From Cetorhinus maximus (Eukaryota), in the NCBI RefSeq assembly GCF_964194155.1, contig NC_135899.1, forward strand, positions 80,290,001 to 80,354,000: a stretch of DNA of 64,000 bases, given 5' to 3'. Numbering within the stretch: position 1 is the stretch's first letter; each line of letters opens with the position of its first letter. Shown in pieces: positions 39,535-51,020 of the stretch. The position numbers and the translations under genes were made by a program. The notes under the pieces were generated by a model that saw only the letters and a list, made by a program, of their open reading frames with translations, was not told where the DNA came from and did no database searches.

Positions 39535-41690
39535 ACAACTACTTGCATTTGTGTAGTGGCTTTGACATAGTAAAATGTCTCAAGGCACTTCTCAGGAGCA
39601 TAAATCAAACAATATTTGACACCAAGCCATATGAGGAGATATTAGGACAAAAGGCCAAAATCTTGGCCAATGAAGTAGGTTTTTTAAAGGACCATCTTAA
39701 AGGTGGGGAGGGAAGTAGAGAGGCTTGGGGGGAGAATTCTAGAGCTTAGGACCTTCGTCCCTACTAGCACTGTGGGTGTACCTACACCACATGGACTGCA
39801 GCAATTCAAGAAGGCAGCTCACTGCCACCTCCTCAAAGGCAATTAGGGATGGGCAATAAATGCTGGTCTTGTCAGCGATGCCCATATCCCATGAGTAAAA
39901 AACCTAGAAGGCAGAAGACATGTCTATTGGTGGGACAAAGGGATGCACAAGAGGCCAGATCTAGAGGAATGCAGAGTTCTCAGAGTATTTTAGGGTTGGA
40001 GGAGGTCAAATTGATAGGGGTGGGTGAGGCCATGGAGAGATATGAACACGAGGATAAGGATCTTAAAATCAAAGCATTGCTGGACTGAGAGCCAATGTAA
40101 GTCAGAGAATACAGAAGTGGTGGGTGAATGGGACTTAGTGAAAGGAAACTAGCCATGTACATGAAAGAAAAGGGAACAGAAGAATATGCAGAAATGTTGA
40201 GATAAGGCAAATGAGAGGAGACGTGTTCTGTACAAACACCAGCAAAGACTAGTTGGGCAAAAGGCCTATTTCTCTGGTGCATATTCTATGTAATAAAGGT
40301 ATTAAAGCATATGGGGCAAAGGTGGGGAGAGTGACTTAGTTCACAGATCAGGCATGATCTCAGTGAATAGTGGAACAGGTTCATGGGGCTAAATCAGCTC
40401 CTCCTGTTCCTATGTTTTATGTTCCTATCCTGTGTAACAGGATTTGGTGCAAGTTAGGATACAGGTACCAGAGCTTTGGATTCATTGAAGTTTATGGAGG
40501 CTGGAAGATAGGAGGCCACCCAACAGAGGATTGAAATAGTCGAGTTTGAAGGTGATAAAGGCATGGGTGAGGATTTCAGCAGTCGAGCTGAGGGGGGGAT
40601 GGAGACGGATGATGTTACAAAGGTGGAAGAAGGCAGTCTTGGTGATGGAGTGGATATGGTGTTGGAAGATCAACCTAAGTAAACAGAAAAAGCAAGAAAC
40701 AGGTCTGAAAAATCTCATATCAACAAGTCACACTATATATATATATATATAGCTCAGGGAGTGTGTCCCATAATGAGGTTTGGTTAATGTATGAAAATAG
40801 GAATAAAAGGGTCAAACTGCAAATGGTTAGGATCTGGAATGCACTGCCTGAGAATGTGGTGGAGGGAAATTCAATTGTGGCTTTCAAAAGGAAATTGGAT
40901 AAGAATCTGAAGACAGAAAAATTGGAGGACTACAGGAAAAGGCAGAAGAGTGGGACTAGCTGAATTGTTCTTGCAGAAAGATGACAGGACATGACAGGCC
41001 GAATAGCCTCCTTCTGTGCTGTAACCATTCTATGGTTGGCAATTTGTAACTAGTAGTTAGGAGCTACAAAAATCTTGGGCCTCAACTATTTACAATCTAT
41101 GGCACCCAGCATGAGGAAGCAGTGAGGTGATGGTGTGGCAGGTGAATCAGAGGCTGTCCACCAGCGAAATGGCACGTTTCCCAGCAATACATGATTAATG
41201 AGGCGGGATTGGGACGATATGGCGCAAAAAGTGCCATTGTGGCATCTGGCTAAATTGACATTTTTACCACCCGCTAACGCACTTGGTGCAAATCTGGGAT
41301 GATTCCAACCATTGCCTAAACAGGAGCCAATGTAGATCAAGGGTGGTGGGTGAATGGAAGGTGGTGTGAATTAGGACACAGGCAATGTTTGGGTGACCTC
41401 CTGTATATGGAGGGTAGAACATGGGAGGCTAGCCAGGAGAGTGTTGGAATAGTCAAGTCTAGAGGTCACAAAGGCATGGATGGGGGGGTTTCAGTAGCTG
41501 AAGAGCTGAGGCAGGAGCTAACTTAGTTAGTGATGCAGTGAATATGTAGTCAGAAGCTCATCTTGGGATTAAATATGACACCAAAGTTGCAAACAGTTTG
41601 GTTAAGCCTCAGACAGTTGCCAGGGAGAAGGATAGAGTCGGTGTCTTGGGAAAGAAATTTGTGGTAGGGGCCAAAGTCTCTGGTCTTCCC
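39535..41690. mobile_element. Mosaic of L2-like (minus) and CR1 tail (plus) fragments
   Basis: Minus-strand [21 protein letters not shown]...[17 protein letters not shown] (L2 RT C-terminus, 40482-40718); CR1 tails at ~40150-40420 and ~40820-41035. Confidence 0.65.
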
Positions 41691-41699
41691 AGCTTTGAT

Positions 41700-42500
41700 A
41701 TAATCTATTTTGATAAGAAGAATAGAAAAGCAGAATTTTTTTATCTTAAAATAGACTGGTAAAAATGTTTGTATGCAAAGGGGTTTGAGTTTTCAGAATC
41801 ACAGAAAATTAATATGCAGGTACAGCAAGGAATTAGTAAAGCAAATGGTATGTTAGCCATTATTGCAAAGTATAAGAGTAAGCAAGTCTCTTGTTCCATT
41901 TATGCAGAGCTTTGATAGAACAGACCTAGAGAACTATGTACCTTTTTGGTCTCCTTACCTAAGGAAAGATATACTTGCCTCAGAAAGGATGCAATGAAGA
42001 TTCACTAGATTAACTCCAGAAATCAGAGGGTTATCCTACAAGGATAGGTTGAGTAGAATGGGCCTATATTCTCTGAAGTTTAGAGGAATGAGAGGTAATC
42101 TTACTGAAATGTATAAAATTCTTAGAGGGTTTGACAGCCTAGATGTTGAAAGGCTGTTTCTCCTGACTGTAGAGTCCAGAACTAGGGTGGTGGGAGGGGA
42201 GGATTCATAGTTTCAAGATATGAGGGTGGTTATTTAGGACTAAGATGAAGAGAAATTTCTTCACTCAGTGGGTTGCGAATCTCTAGAATTTTCCCAGAGG
42301 GTTGTGGATGTTTAGTCATTGAGTATATTCAAGACTGAGATTGATATATTTTTGGATACTGAGAGAATCAGAGACTATGTGGATCCAGGGGTGCGGGGGA
42401 AGAGGGGAACTGAGGCAGAAGATCAGCCATGTTTTTATTGAACGGCAGAGAAGGCCCAAGGGGCCCAATGCTCTACTCCTGCTCCTATTTCTTATCTTAT
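41700..42500 (+). mobile_element. CR1 LINE 3' portion
   Basis: Degenerate KANGML, FWSPYLRKDI, YSLxFRxMRG motifs and CR1 tail CTACTCCTGCTCCTATTTCTTAT. Confidence 0.8.
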
Positions 42501-42543
42501 GATTGTAACTGGAAAGCGTTGCTGATGATGTGACTGAACGTAC

Positions 42544-42622
42544 CGTAGGTTCCCGCTGGGATGAATTTCAGTGACAAGGACAGCTGACCTTTGCTTCGGA
42601 TCATGTTTGGTGGAGCAGCAAT
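42544..42622 (-). CDS. SYTL1: SYTL1 exon (C2A-C2B linker)
   Basis: 79 bp; IAAPPNMIRSKGQLSLSLKFIPAGTY, comparable to human SRGLLALSLKYVPAG; tgtgcag| and |gtacgt. Confidence 0.9.
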
Positions 42623-43274
42623 CTGCACAAGAGTAGATTCACATACTTTATTTCCACATTCATTGCTGTTTACACTTCATGTACAGTATGGGAAAAGGCA
42701 TTGTGGTTCAGCCTCAGACAAACTCTACAATGGCAGATTTCAGCAAGTGTGCTGGTAGGTAGATTTGAATCTTGAGAGAAGGTCAGTGCTGGAGATGGTG
42801 ATAGGAAGTAGGAACCCAATAGGCTCACTCCGTAGGTTAGTGGCAATGAGCTAAGCCGAGCTGCATTCTGTTTGATTACCTAGCAGGTTATTGTACACTT
42901 TCACTCTGCAGAAGAGTAATAGGAAATTTGACAAAGCAAAAATGGATGGATTTCCATCAAAATCTGTGGAAAAGAAAGTTCAGCACAATTCCGACCCATT
43001 TACTGAATGCTTTTGTTCATTCGCAGGCTGTTGTCAGTAAACAATTTATTTATATGGATCCTGGGGGGAATAGATTGTAAAACCACAGAATGGCATATAG
43101 ATTCTGACAAAAATTATTGACCTGAAAAGTTAATGGGCCTGATTTAACTCACACAAAACCCATTCACTTACACAAAGTTCAAATTGGGCCTACGTACCTT
43201 TGTTTCACTCTCCGCAGATGCTGCCTGACCTGCTGAGCCTTACCAGCAGAAGGAGTAGGATATTTAAATACCAA

Positions 43275-44387
43275 GTGCTGAATTTTGCCAGCCCGCAGGT
43301 GGCTGGAAAAAAGGGCCAATAAATAGTGGGGAGCCACGCCAGAAAGGCTTCCCAATGTTGTCCCGCCACAGGGGAAATTTCCCAGCAGAGAGCAGGAGCT
43401 TGGCTATGAGGTGCATCAGCTGAAAGCAGGGTAATTAAGGGCCCAATTGCGGTCCCTTTTACAGGGCTACCAGCAATTTACTGATGGTGGAGTGGCCCCC
43501 CCTGCCATGTCAGGAGGCCAATAGCTTCATGGAGGCAGCCCTTCAGCAGCCCAGGAAGCCATCAGAGCCAGAGGATCCATGGCCCAAAGAGGAGGGCTTG
43601 GGCTTGAAAAGCAGCTTCCGCGGCCAAAATGATTCCCCCCAATGGGGCTTCCCCTCTGTCCCGTGGGGCCGACTGCCCTTGGCCATCCTAAGGTTTAATT
43701 CTCGAATACCTGTCAGTGGGAGTTTCCATTTTGAGGCATCCCTCATTGAGTGCAGCATCAGGAGCCCACCCATTGTCTTTATATTTTTTAATTGTAACAA
43801 TCATGTTGCATGGCACATTTAATCAAAGAGACCAAAGCCCATTTCATCATCAGACTCTTCAGATTTCTCCTGTTTCTTCTCTACCTTTATCTTTTCAGCG
43901 GCAATAGGGGCAGCAGTGGAAACAGCTGCTGCAGCAGCTGGGACACTACCACCAGCAACAACATTGCAGATCAGACTATTGATGTCAATATTAGCCAGTG
44001 CCTTGGCAAACAGACTGGGCCAGATAGGCTCAATAGTTACACTAGCTGTCTTGATCAGGGCATTGAGTTTGTCTTCAGTCACGGTGACCCCGTCATTGTG
44101 CAGGATGAGTACGCTATAGATACAGGCGAGTTCCAAGGTGGAGGCCATGGCACTGCAGTTCTGTGGGTCCTATGGTGCTAGTCGTCAGGAGAATCTCAGT
44201 CTTAGCTTCGATCAGAAGAACCAAGCACATAATTGAACAATAATTGAACAGTGGGCCCACAAGTGGCCAGTTCAGAGGCCTCATGCAGTAAAAATCACTG
44301 AGCGCATCTCAAGCCTGATGCCAGCAAATGCGGGTTTAGGGCCTGCTTTTCACTCCAACACCAGGTTCCTGAAGCAAAATTCAGCCA
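43275..44387. mobile_element. Harbinger-type MITE containing an RPLP1 retrocopy
   Basis: Perfect 12-bp inverted core GCTGAATTTTGC (43277-43288) / GCAAAATTCAGC (44374-44385); 3-bp TSD CAA at 43272-43274 and 44388-44390. Confidence 0.75.
43819..44148 (-). pseudogene. RPLP1: Processed retrocopy of 60S acidic ribosomal protein P1 (109-aa frame open but diverged)
   Basis: MASTLELACIYSVLILHNDGVTVTEDKLNALIK...EESDDEMGFGLFD; intronless. 5' UTR to ~44228 with GAAGCTAAG and CGACTAGCACC; ATTAAA in the short 3' UTR. Confidence 0.92.
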
Positions 44388-44429
44388 CAAGAGTCTGAAC
44401 ATGGAGTGATGAGTGGGGCATTTAAATAC

Positions 44430-45230
44430 TGAGAGTGTGGATACGGAAAGGGAATGGTGTATTTAAATAGAGAGAATCGGGAGCAAGGTACTTTGGAAGG
44501 GAGAATGAGGAGTGGCAATGTAGGCCAAGCCATAATTTTAAAGGGGTATAGAATAGACAGAACTGAGGGTTTATGTACATAAATCTTTGAAGTGCCAGGG
44601 CAAATTGATAAGGCAGTTAAAAAAAGGGACCTTTGACTTACGAATAGAGATAATGAACACAAAATCAAGGAAGTTTATCTAATTTATAAATCATTGGTTC
44701 GGTCTTGGTTGGTATATAGTGTCTAATTCTGGGCACCAAACTTTAGAAAGGCATGTCAAGGCCTTGGAGACAGTGCAGAGGAGACTTACTAGGATGGCAC
44801 TGGGGATGAGGAACTTCAGTTATATCGATAAATGGCATAAGTCCAGATTGTTCTTCTTGTGCAGAGAAGGTTATGGGGAGATTTAATAGAGATGTTCAAA
44901 AATATGAGGAATGTTGTTAAATAGGGAGAAATTGTTTCCAGTGGCAGGAGGGTTGGTAACCAGAGGATGCAGAATTAAGGTAATTGGAAAAAGAACCAGA
45001 AGAGAGGTGAGGAGAATATTTTTGTGCAGCGAGTTGTTACGATCTTAAATGTACTGTATGAAGGGACAGTGGAAGCAGATTCAATAGCTACTTTCAAATA
45101 CTTGAAGTGGAAAAACTTGATGGGCTATCAGGAAAGAGGAGGGGAGTGGGCCTAATTGGACAGCTCTTTCAAAGAGCTGATATGAGCATGATGGGATGAG
45201 TGGCCTCCTTCTGTGCTGTAAGATTCTATT
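44430..45230 (+). mobile_element. CR1 LINE 3' portion
   Basis: Degenerate VQFWAP and ALExVQRRxTRM motifs; CR1 tail. Confidence 0.75.
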
Positions 45231-45369
45231 AATGAAAAATGAGCCCTGGACTCTGATTGGGTGTGAGATATATAAATGCCGATACCCCTCCCCTGCAATT
45301 TCACGGCATATACCATGTTTACCATGTGATGGATCAGCAGAAAATTTGATGGTGACAAAGTGCAGATAG

Positions 45370-45757
45370 AAAGAAAGACTCAAAGCACTTTAGAGCCAAT
45401 GAAGTACTTTTGACGTCTAGTCACCATTGCAGTGCAGGAAACACAGTAGCCAATTTGCAGACTGCAAGCTCCTACAAACAGCAACGTGATAATGACTGGA
45501 TAATTCATTTGTGATGTTGATAGAGGGATAAATATTGGCCAGGACACCAGAGGTAACTTTCCTGCTCTTCTTCAAATGAGTGTCATGGAGTCTTTTACAT
45601 TCATCTGAGATGGTTCAATGTCTCATCCTCCAACAGTTCAACACTCCCTCAGTACTACACTGGAGCACAAAATTCTAGACTGATGCTCAAGTCCTGGAGT
45701 AGGACTTGAACCCATAACCTTTTGACTCAGACGCAGGAGCGCTACCAACTGAACCAT
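45370..45757 (-). mobile_element. tRNA-derived Deu-domain SINE (SacSINE1-like)
   Basis: Minus strand A box TGGTTCAGTTGG and B box GGTTCAAGTCC, then the core GAAGAAGAGCAGG...GTCCTGGCCAATATTTATCCCTC. Confidence 0.8.
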
Positions 45758-46550
45758 GTTCCTGTTTACATGAGAAACACAATTCTGATTAGGCTGGAAT
45801 AGAGTTTAAACTGAAGATGATTCCAACAATGCTCGTGACTGTAAAAAGCAACTTGTATTTGCAATATGGATATACATCCAGATTATCTGACCCTATTCTC
45901 TCAGTGAATTTTTGTATTTTTGTGAACTTATAGCAAGAGAGAGACTGAGCAGCATCAAGTACGTTGGAATGGGATATTATAGCATCATTGCCTCCCTCAC
46001 TCCCCATTCTCCATTCTAATTAATGTGGTGTATTTAGAATGAAAGTGCAGGAAATTGGGCGTGAGTGATCATCAAGATTGACTGCTTGGATGGTGAAAGG
46101 TTGTTCCATCACCAATCTCACAGTTTCAGGAAAATCTGGGCCATTTATATTTAACTGAGCCACTAGCTGTCTTTGTACTACAAACACAACTGGTGAACAG
46201 GACAAATCACTAAATGAGCATAAATCAAGTATCATACTATGTTTCCATGTTCCCAATTAATTACATCCACTTTATGTGCTTCAACCAATTGGAAAGTTTT
46301 CTCTAACATGTGTAATACTCAGATGTCAAGCACATCACCAAGGAATATGAACATTAACTGTTGTACAATGTGCAGGCTCAGCATCAGTCACTCATGACAG
46401 TGCACATCCTGCCTGCTCTGTTGGAAGTCGCAGCTTTTTTTGCAATGAATAGCTGTTTCTCAGTCCTTAGATTGTAAATATAACTGTGTACACAGGTAAT
46501 GGGACAGTATCCTGCAAGTACATGTGCGCAGGACAGTCACAACATCTTAC

Positions 46551-46712
46551 CCGTGGCTGTAGGAGGTAGGATGTAGGTTTGATATTGCTCCAATCCCATG
46601 AGTTAAGTGGGATCTCCACCTCTCCCAGCAAGAGGTTGTGCCCAAAGTGATCACTGTGCCACACAGAGATGCTTAGAGTCCGACTCTGCAGCTCATCTTT
46701 CCCCAGTTTGTA
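46551..46712 (-). CDS. SYTL1: SYTL1 exon (C2A C-terminal half)
   Basis: 162 bp; YKLGKDELQSRTLSISVWHSDHFGHNLLLGEVEIPLNSWDWSNIKPTSYLLQPR; aag| and |gtaag. Confidence 0.95.
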
Positions 46713-46879
46713 CTTTAGTAAAAAAGAGAGGGTGAATGAAGATATTGTTCCAATAACAGGCACACATAGCGAACAGGTGCAACATATTTAGAATGGATTG
46801 ACGAACATCTTAGCCAGAGCTGTGGAGAACTACATGCCTCTGTGCATATGGTTACAGGAGTGTACTCGTGTCCCTGGAT

Positions 46880-48010
46880 GTAACAGGGTTTGTGTTTATG
46901 CATTGGTGTCAAGATATATACGGTGTGTATATGTCAAAGTATATAAGGTATGTGTATACATGTAATGGTGTGTATGTTCAGGTGTGTGTGTGTCAGGGTA
47001 AATATGGCATATGTAGATGTGTGTGTCAATGTATATGTATGCGTGTGTGTGTCAGGGAATATATGTTGTATTAGGGTATAAATGGTATATATATGTGTGG
47101 GCAGAATTTTCCCCCGTCGGGGGGGGAAGTTCAGGAGTGGGCTCGTGGAGGCATGCCTCCGCTCAGTGCCCCCGATTGGGGGCACGCTGCCATTTTACAT
47201 GAGCGGGCCAATTAAGGCCCACCCAGCGTGACGTCCACCAGGAAGCGCTATGTGCTCCCGGTGTGGACGGGGGTGGGTGGGGGGGTGGTGGTGATTCCCT
47301 GAGTTGAGAGTGCGCTCTTTCGTGCAGGTGCGCAAAAGAGCGCACTCATCTCCCTGAGGCTAAGTGCTGCCTCAGGGAGATCGGCTCCAAATGTAAAAAT
47401 GCTAAAAATAGAAAAATAAAACTTCCCTGACATGTCTCCACTCATGTGACACTGTCACATGAGTTGGGACATGTCCATCACTTTTAGTTAAACTTTTATT
47501 AAATTTTTAAAAACCCTCATGAAACCTCATCCCGCCTGTGGACGAGGTTTCATGCTTTCTCTGAAGCCTGCCAGGGCTCCCGGCCTGCCCACCAACCTTA
47601 AGGTTGGACGGGCAGGTCCGTTAATGATGTTAATGAGTTTGTCAATGGCCTCAATAGGCCATTGACAGGTCGGCGGGTGCACAGCTGACTCAGCTGAGCC
47701 CCCGCCGACCTGAAAATTGAAATGACGTGGGGTGAGGTTGGGAGTTCTGCCCGACGTCATCCCGTGTCATTTTACATGTCGGCAAGCGGGCCCTGCCCCC
47801 CGACCGGGAAATCCTGCCCTGTGTGTGTGCGTGCTCATCAGGTATATATGATATATGTATGCCTGTGTCTCACAATATATGTTGGAGTATATATGTCTGT
47901 GTCAGCATGTAGATGATGTCAGGATGTCTCAGTGTAAAATGATATAAATGAAGGTATGAGTCGATGTATACATGATATCTATGTCAGGGTGCATCAGTAT
48001 ATATTTGATG
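46880..48010. repeat. TG/TA-rich low-complexity tract, split by a MITE
   Basis: Degenerate (TG)n/(TATG)n sequence on both sides of 47099-47819. Confidence 0.7.
47099..47819. mobile_element. Harbinger-type MITE (same family as 28343-28914)
   Basis: Ends GGGCAGAATTTT / GAAATCCTGCCC; TSD TGT (47096-47098, 47820-47822). Confidence 0.9.
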
Positions 48011-48646
48011 TAAATGCCAACAACAACAACCTGCATTTTTACAGTGCCCTTAACATAGAAAATGACACAGGGCGTTTCACAGGAGAATTATCAAACAGGA
48101 GAGAATTGGAATAGTCAAATCTGTAGGTAACAAAGGCAAGGATGTTGGATATTGCTGAAAAGAGAGACATGTTGCCAAAGCTTTTCATCTTGCATTAATT
48201 AGTACAAACTCAAGAATACCAAATTTCAAATAATCATGATTTATACTACAGGAGAAAGGGAAATTGGTTGGCAAGTCGACTCTGATTGGCCAAGGTGTTG
48301 CCATGGGGAAAGCAACGGGGAAAAATAGGCTACCCATGCTTCTGAGTAATTCAAAATAGGTGCAAGGCTTGAATATATTCCTTTTGAATGCAGAGAACGG
48401 GTCCCTGCATATGAATGTAAGTCGCTTCTAGCAAGCATAAATGAGCCACATTAAGAGCTCAACTGATTATCTTAAATTGGTTGTTAGTGTAGCTATTAGT
48501 GTACTCAGGATTGCTCAGCTGCCCAATCACGGAATCACATCTATCAGTAGACATTTTGTTTTGCGTTTTGCAAGAACAGGCTAGTTGAGTACAGTCAGCA
48601 CTCTGTCCATTACAAACAGCGAAGGATTCTGTGTCTGAAAGTGACG

Positions 48647-49021
48647 ATGGTTGATGAGAAGAAACCAGCTCCCAAGAAGGGAGGCAAGAAAGCCTTAAAG
48701 AAACCGGTAGCAAAGGGCGGTAAGAAGCGGCGAAAGTCGAGGAAGGAGAGTTATGCCATCTACGTCTACAAAGTGATGAAACAGGTTCATCCCGACACTG
48801 GCATCTCCTCCAAGGCCATGAGCATCATGAACTCGTTCGTGAGCGATATTTTCGAGCGCATCGCGGGTGAGGCTTCCCGCCTGGCCCATTACAACAAGCG
48901 CAGCACCATCAGCTCCCGGGAGATCCAGACCGCCGTGCGCCTGCTGCTGCCCGGGGAACTAGCCAAGCACGCCGTGTCAGAAGGGACAAAGGCGGTGACC
49001 AAGTACACCAGTTCCAAGTAA
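48647..49021 (+). CDS. H2B: Histone H2B, intact 124-aa ORF; retrocopy nested antisense in a SYTL1 intron
   Basis: [15 protein letters not shown]...[26 protein letters not shown]...[16 protein letters not shown]. Insert 48627-49053 is flanked by ACAAACAGCGAAGGA at 48612-48626 and 49054-49068. Expression unknown. Confidence 0.95.
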   Translation: MVDEKKPAPKKGGKKALKKPVAKGGKKRRKSRKESYAIYVYKVMKQVHPDTGISSKAMSIMNSFVSDIFERIAGEASRLAHYNKRSTISSREIQTAVRLLLPGELAKHAVSEGTKAVTKYTSSK

Positions 49022-49255
49022 AACCCCAGATCTGACTGAAAAACACATTCAAAACAAACAGCGAAGGAACATGTTGTTTGATTCGAGCTGCCAGTCGTTG
49101 AGACATACAGCCCAACTATCTGGCATTGCACCTACACTGAAATTCATACATGCCGTTGCTCAATTGTGTGGTAGGCAGAACGTCTTTTTGGACTGACGGC
49201 AGCATCCTATTAGTGGAAAATACAACTCGCATCGCCACTGCAGAGTAGCAGCATG

Positions 49256-51020
49256 AATGTAGGAAATAGGAGAAGGCCATTTTGCCCCTCAAGCCTGCTC
49301 CTCTGTTCAACTTGATCATGGCTGATCTTCTACCACAATTTCATTTTCCCGTACCATCTCTATATCCCTTGATGTCTTTAATATCTAGGAATCTATCAAT
49401 CCCTGTCTTAAACCTACTCATTGACTGACCCTCCAAAGCCCTCTGGGGTAGAGAATTCCAAAGATTCACCACTCTCTGAATGACGAAGTTCCTCCTCACC
49501 TCAGTCCTAAATGGCCTACTCCTTATTCTGAGACAATGTCCCCGGTTCTAGGCCCCCAGCCCGGGCAAACATCCTTCCTGCATCTACCCTGTCAAGCCCT
49601 GTAAGAATTTTATATGTCATTGACACCACTTCTCATTCTTCTAAACTCGAGGGAATACAGGCCCAGTATCCTCAGTCTCTCCTCATAGGACAATCTTGCC
49701 ATCGGAGGAACTAGTCTGGCAAATATTCATTGCACTCCCTCCATGGCAAGTACATCCTTCCATAGGTAAGGAGACCAGGTGCGGTCTCACAAAGGTTCTA
49801 TACAAATGCATCAAGACATATGTATTCAAATCCTCTTGCCACAAATGCCAACATACCATTTGCCTTCCTAATTGCTTGCTGCATCTGCATGTTAGCTTTC
49901 AGTGACTCATGAACAAGGGCACCCAGGTCTCTTTGGACATCAACACTTCCATATCGCTCACCATTTAAGAAATATTCTGCGCTTCTGTTTTTCCTACCAA
50001 AGTGGATAACTTCATATTTTTCCACATTATATTCCATCTGCCATGTTTTTGCCCACTCACTTAGCATGTCTAAATCCCTTTGAAGCCTGTTTGCATCCTT
50101 CTCACAACTCACATCCCCACCCAGTTTTGTGTCATCAGCAAACTTGGTAATATTACACTTGGTCCCCACATCTAAATCATTGATATAGATTGTAAATAGC
50201 TGGGGCCCAAACACTGATCCTTGCAGTAGTCACAGCCTGCCGATCTGAGAAAGACCTATTTATTCCATCTCTATATGAGAGGAGCAAGAGAAAGTTGCGG
50301 GTCTAAATGACTCAATTATTTTGGGGGGTGGCTGCAGAGGAAGTCGGAAAAGTGGGACCTTATTGAAAGCCTTCTGAAAATCCAAATACACCAGATTCAT
50401 TAGTTCCCCTTATCTATTATGCTAGTTACACCCACAAAAAACTTCAAAAGGTTTGTTAAACATGACTTCCCTTTCATAAATACATGTTGACTCTGACCAA
50501 TCCTATCATTATTTTCTAAGTGTCCAGTTATACACCCTTCATAATAGATTCTAGCGTTTTCCCTACAACTGATGTCAGACTAACAGGTCTATCGTTCCCC
50601 ATTTTTTCTCTCCCTCCTTTCTTAAACAGTGGGGTTACATTTGCTACCTTCCAATCTACAGGAACCGTTCCAGAATCTATAGAATTTTGGAAGATGACCA
50701 CCAATTCATCCACTATCTCTACAGCCGCCTCTTTGGACACTCTGGGATGTAGATCATCAGGTCCAGGGGATTTACCAATTTTTAGTCCCATTAATTTCTC
50801 CAGTACTCCTTCTCTACTAATAACTAATTTAATTCAGTTCCTCATTCTTGCTAGTCCCTTGGTTCTCTAATTCTTCTGGGGGGTGTTTAGTAACTTCCTC
50901 CGTGAAGACAGACACAAAGTATTTGTTTGGTTTCTCTGCCATTTCCTTATTCCCTATAATAAAGTCTCCTTTCTCTGGCCGAAATGAGCCCACATTTGTC
51001 TTTCCTAATTTTTTCCTTTT
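49256..51020 (-). mobile_element. CR1 LINE (RT and 3' tail), internally deleted
   Basis: GPQLFTIYINDLD...KFADDTKLGG...LQRDLD; KSPGPDDLHPRV...DWKVANVTPLFKKG...RPVSLTSVVGK. Confidence 0.92.

Noticed and set aside
43810-44181. Plus-strand 123-aa ORF
   Set aside because: Antisense shadow of the RPLP1 retrocopy.
45690-45757. tRNA gene
   Set aside because: A and B boxes are present but run directly into a SINE body, with no complete cloverleaf; this is a SINE head.
48400-49300. Histone gene cluster or canonical replication-dependent H2B locus
   Set aside because: No other histone genes, no evident TATA/octamer promoter and no stem-loop; the flanks are Penelope sequence with a TSD.
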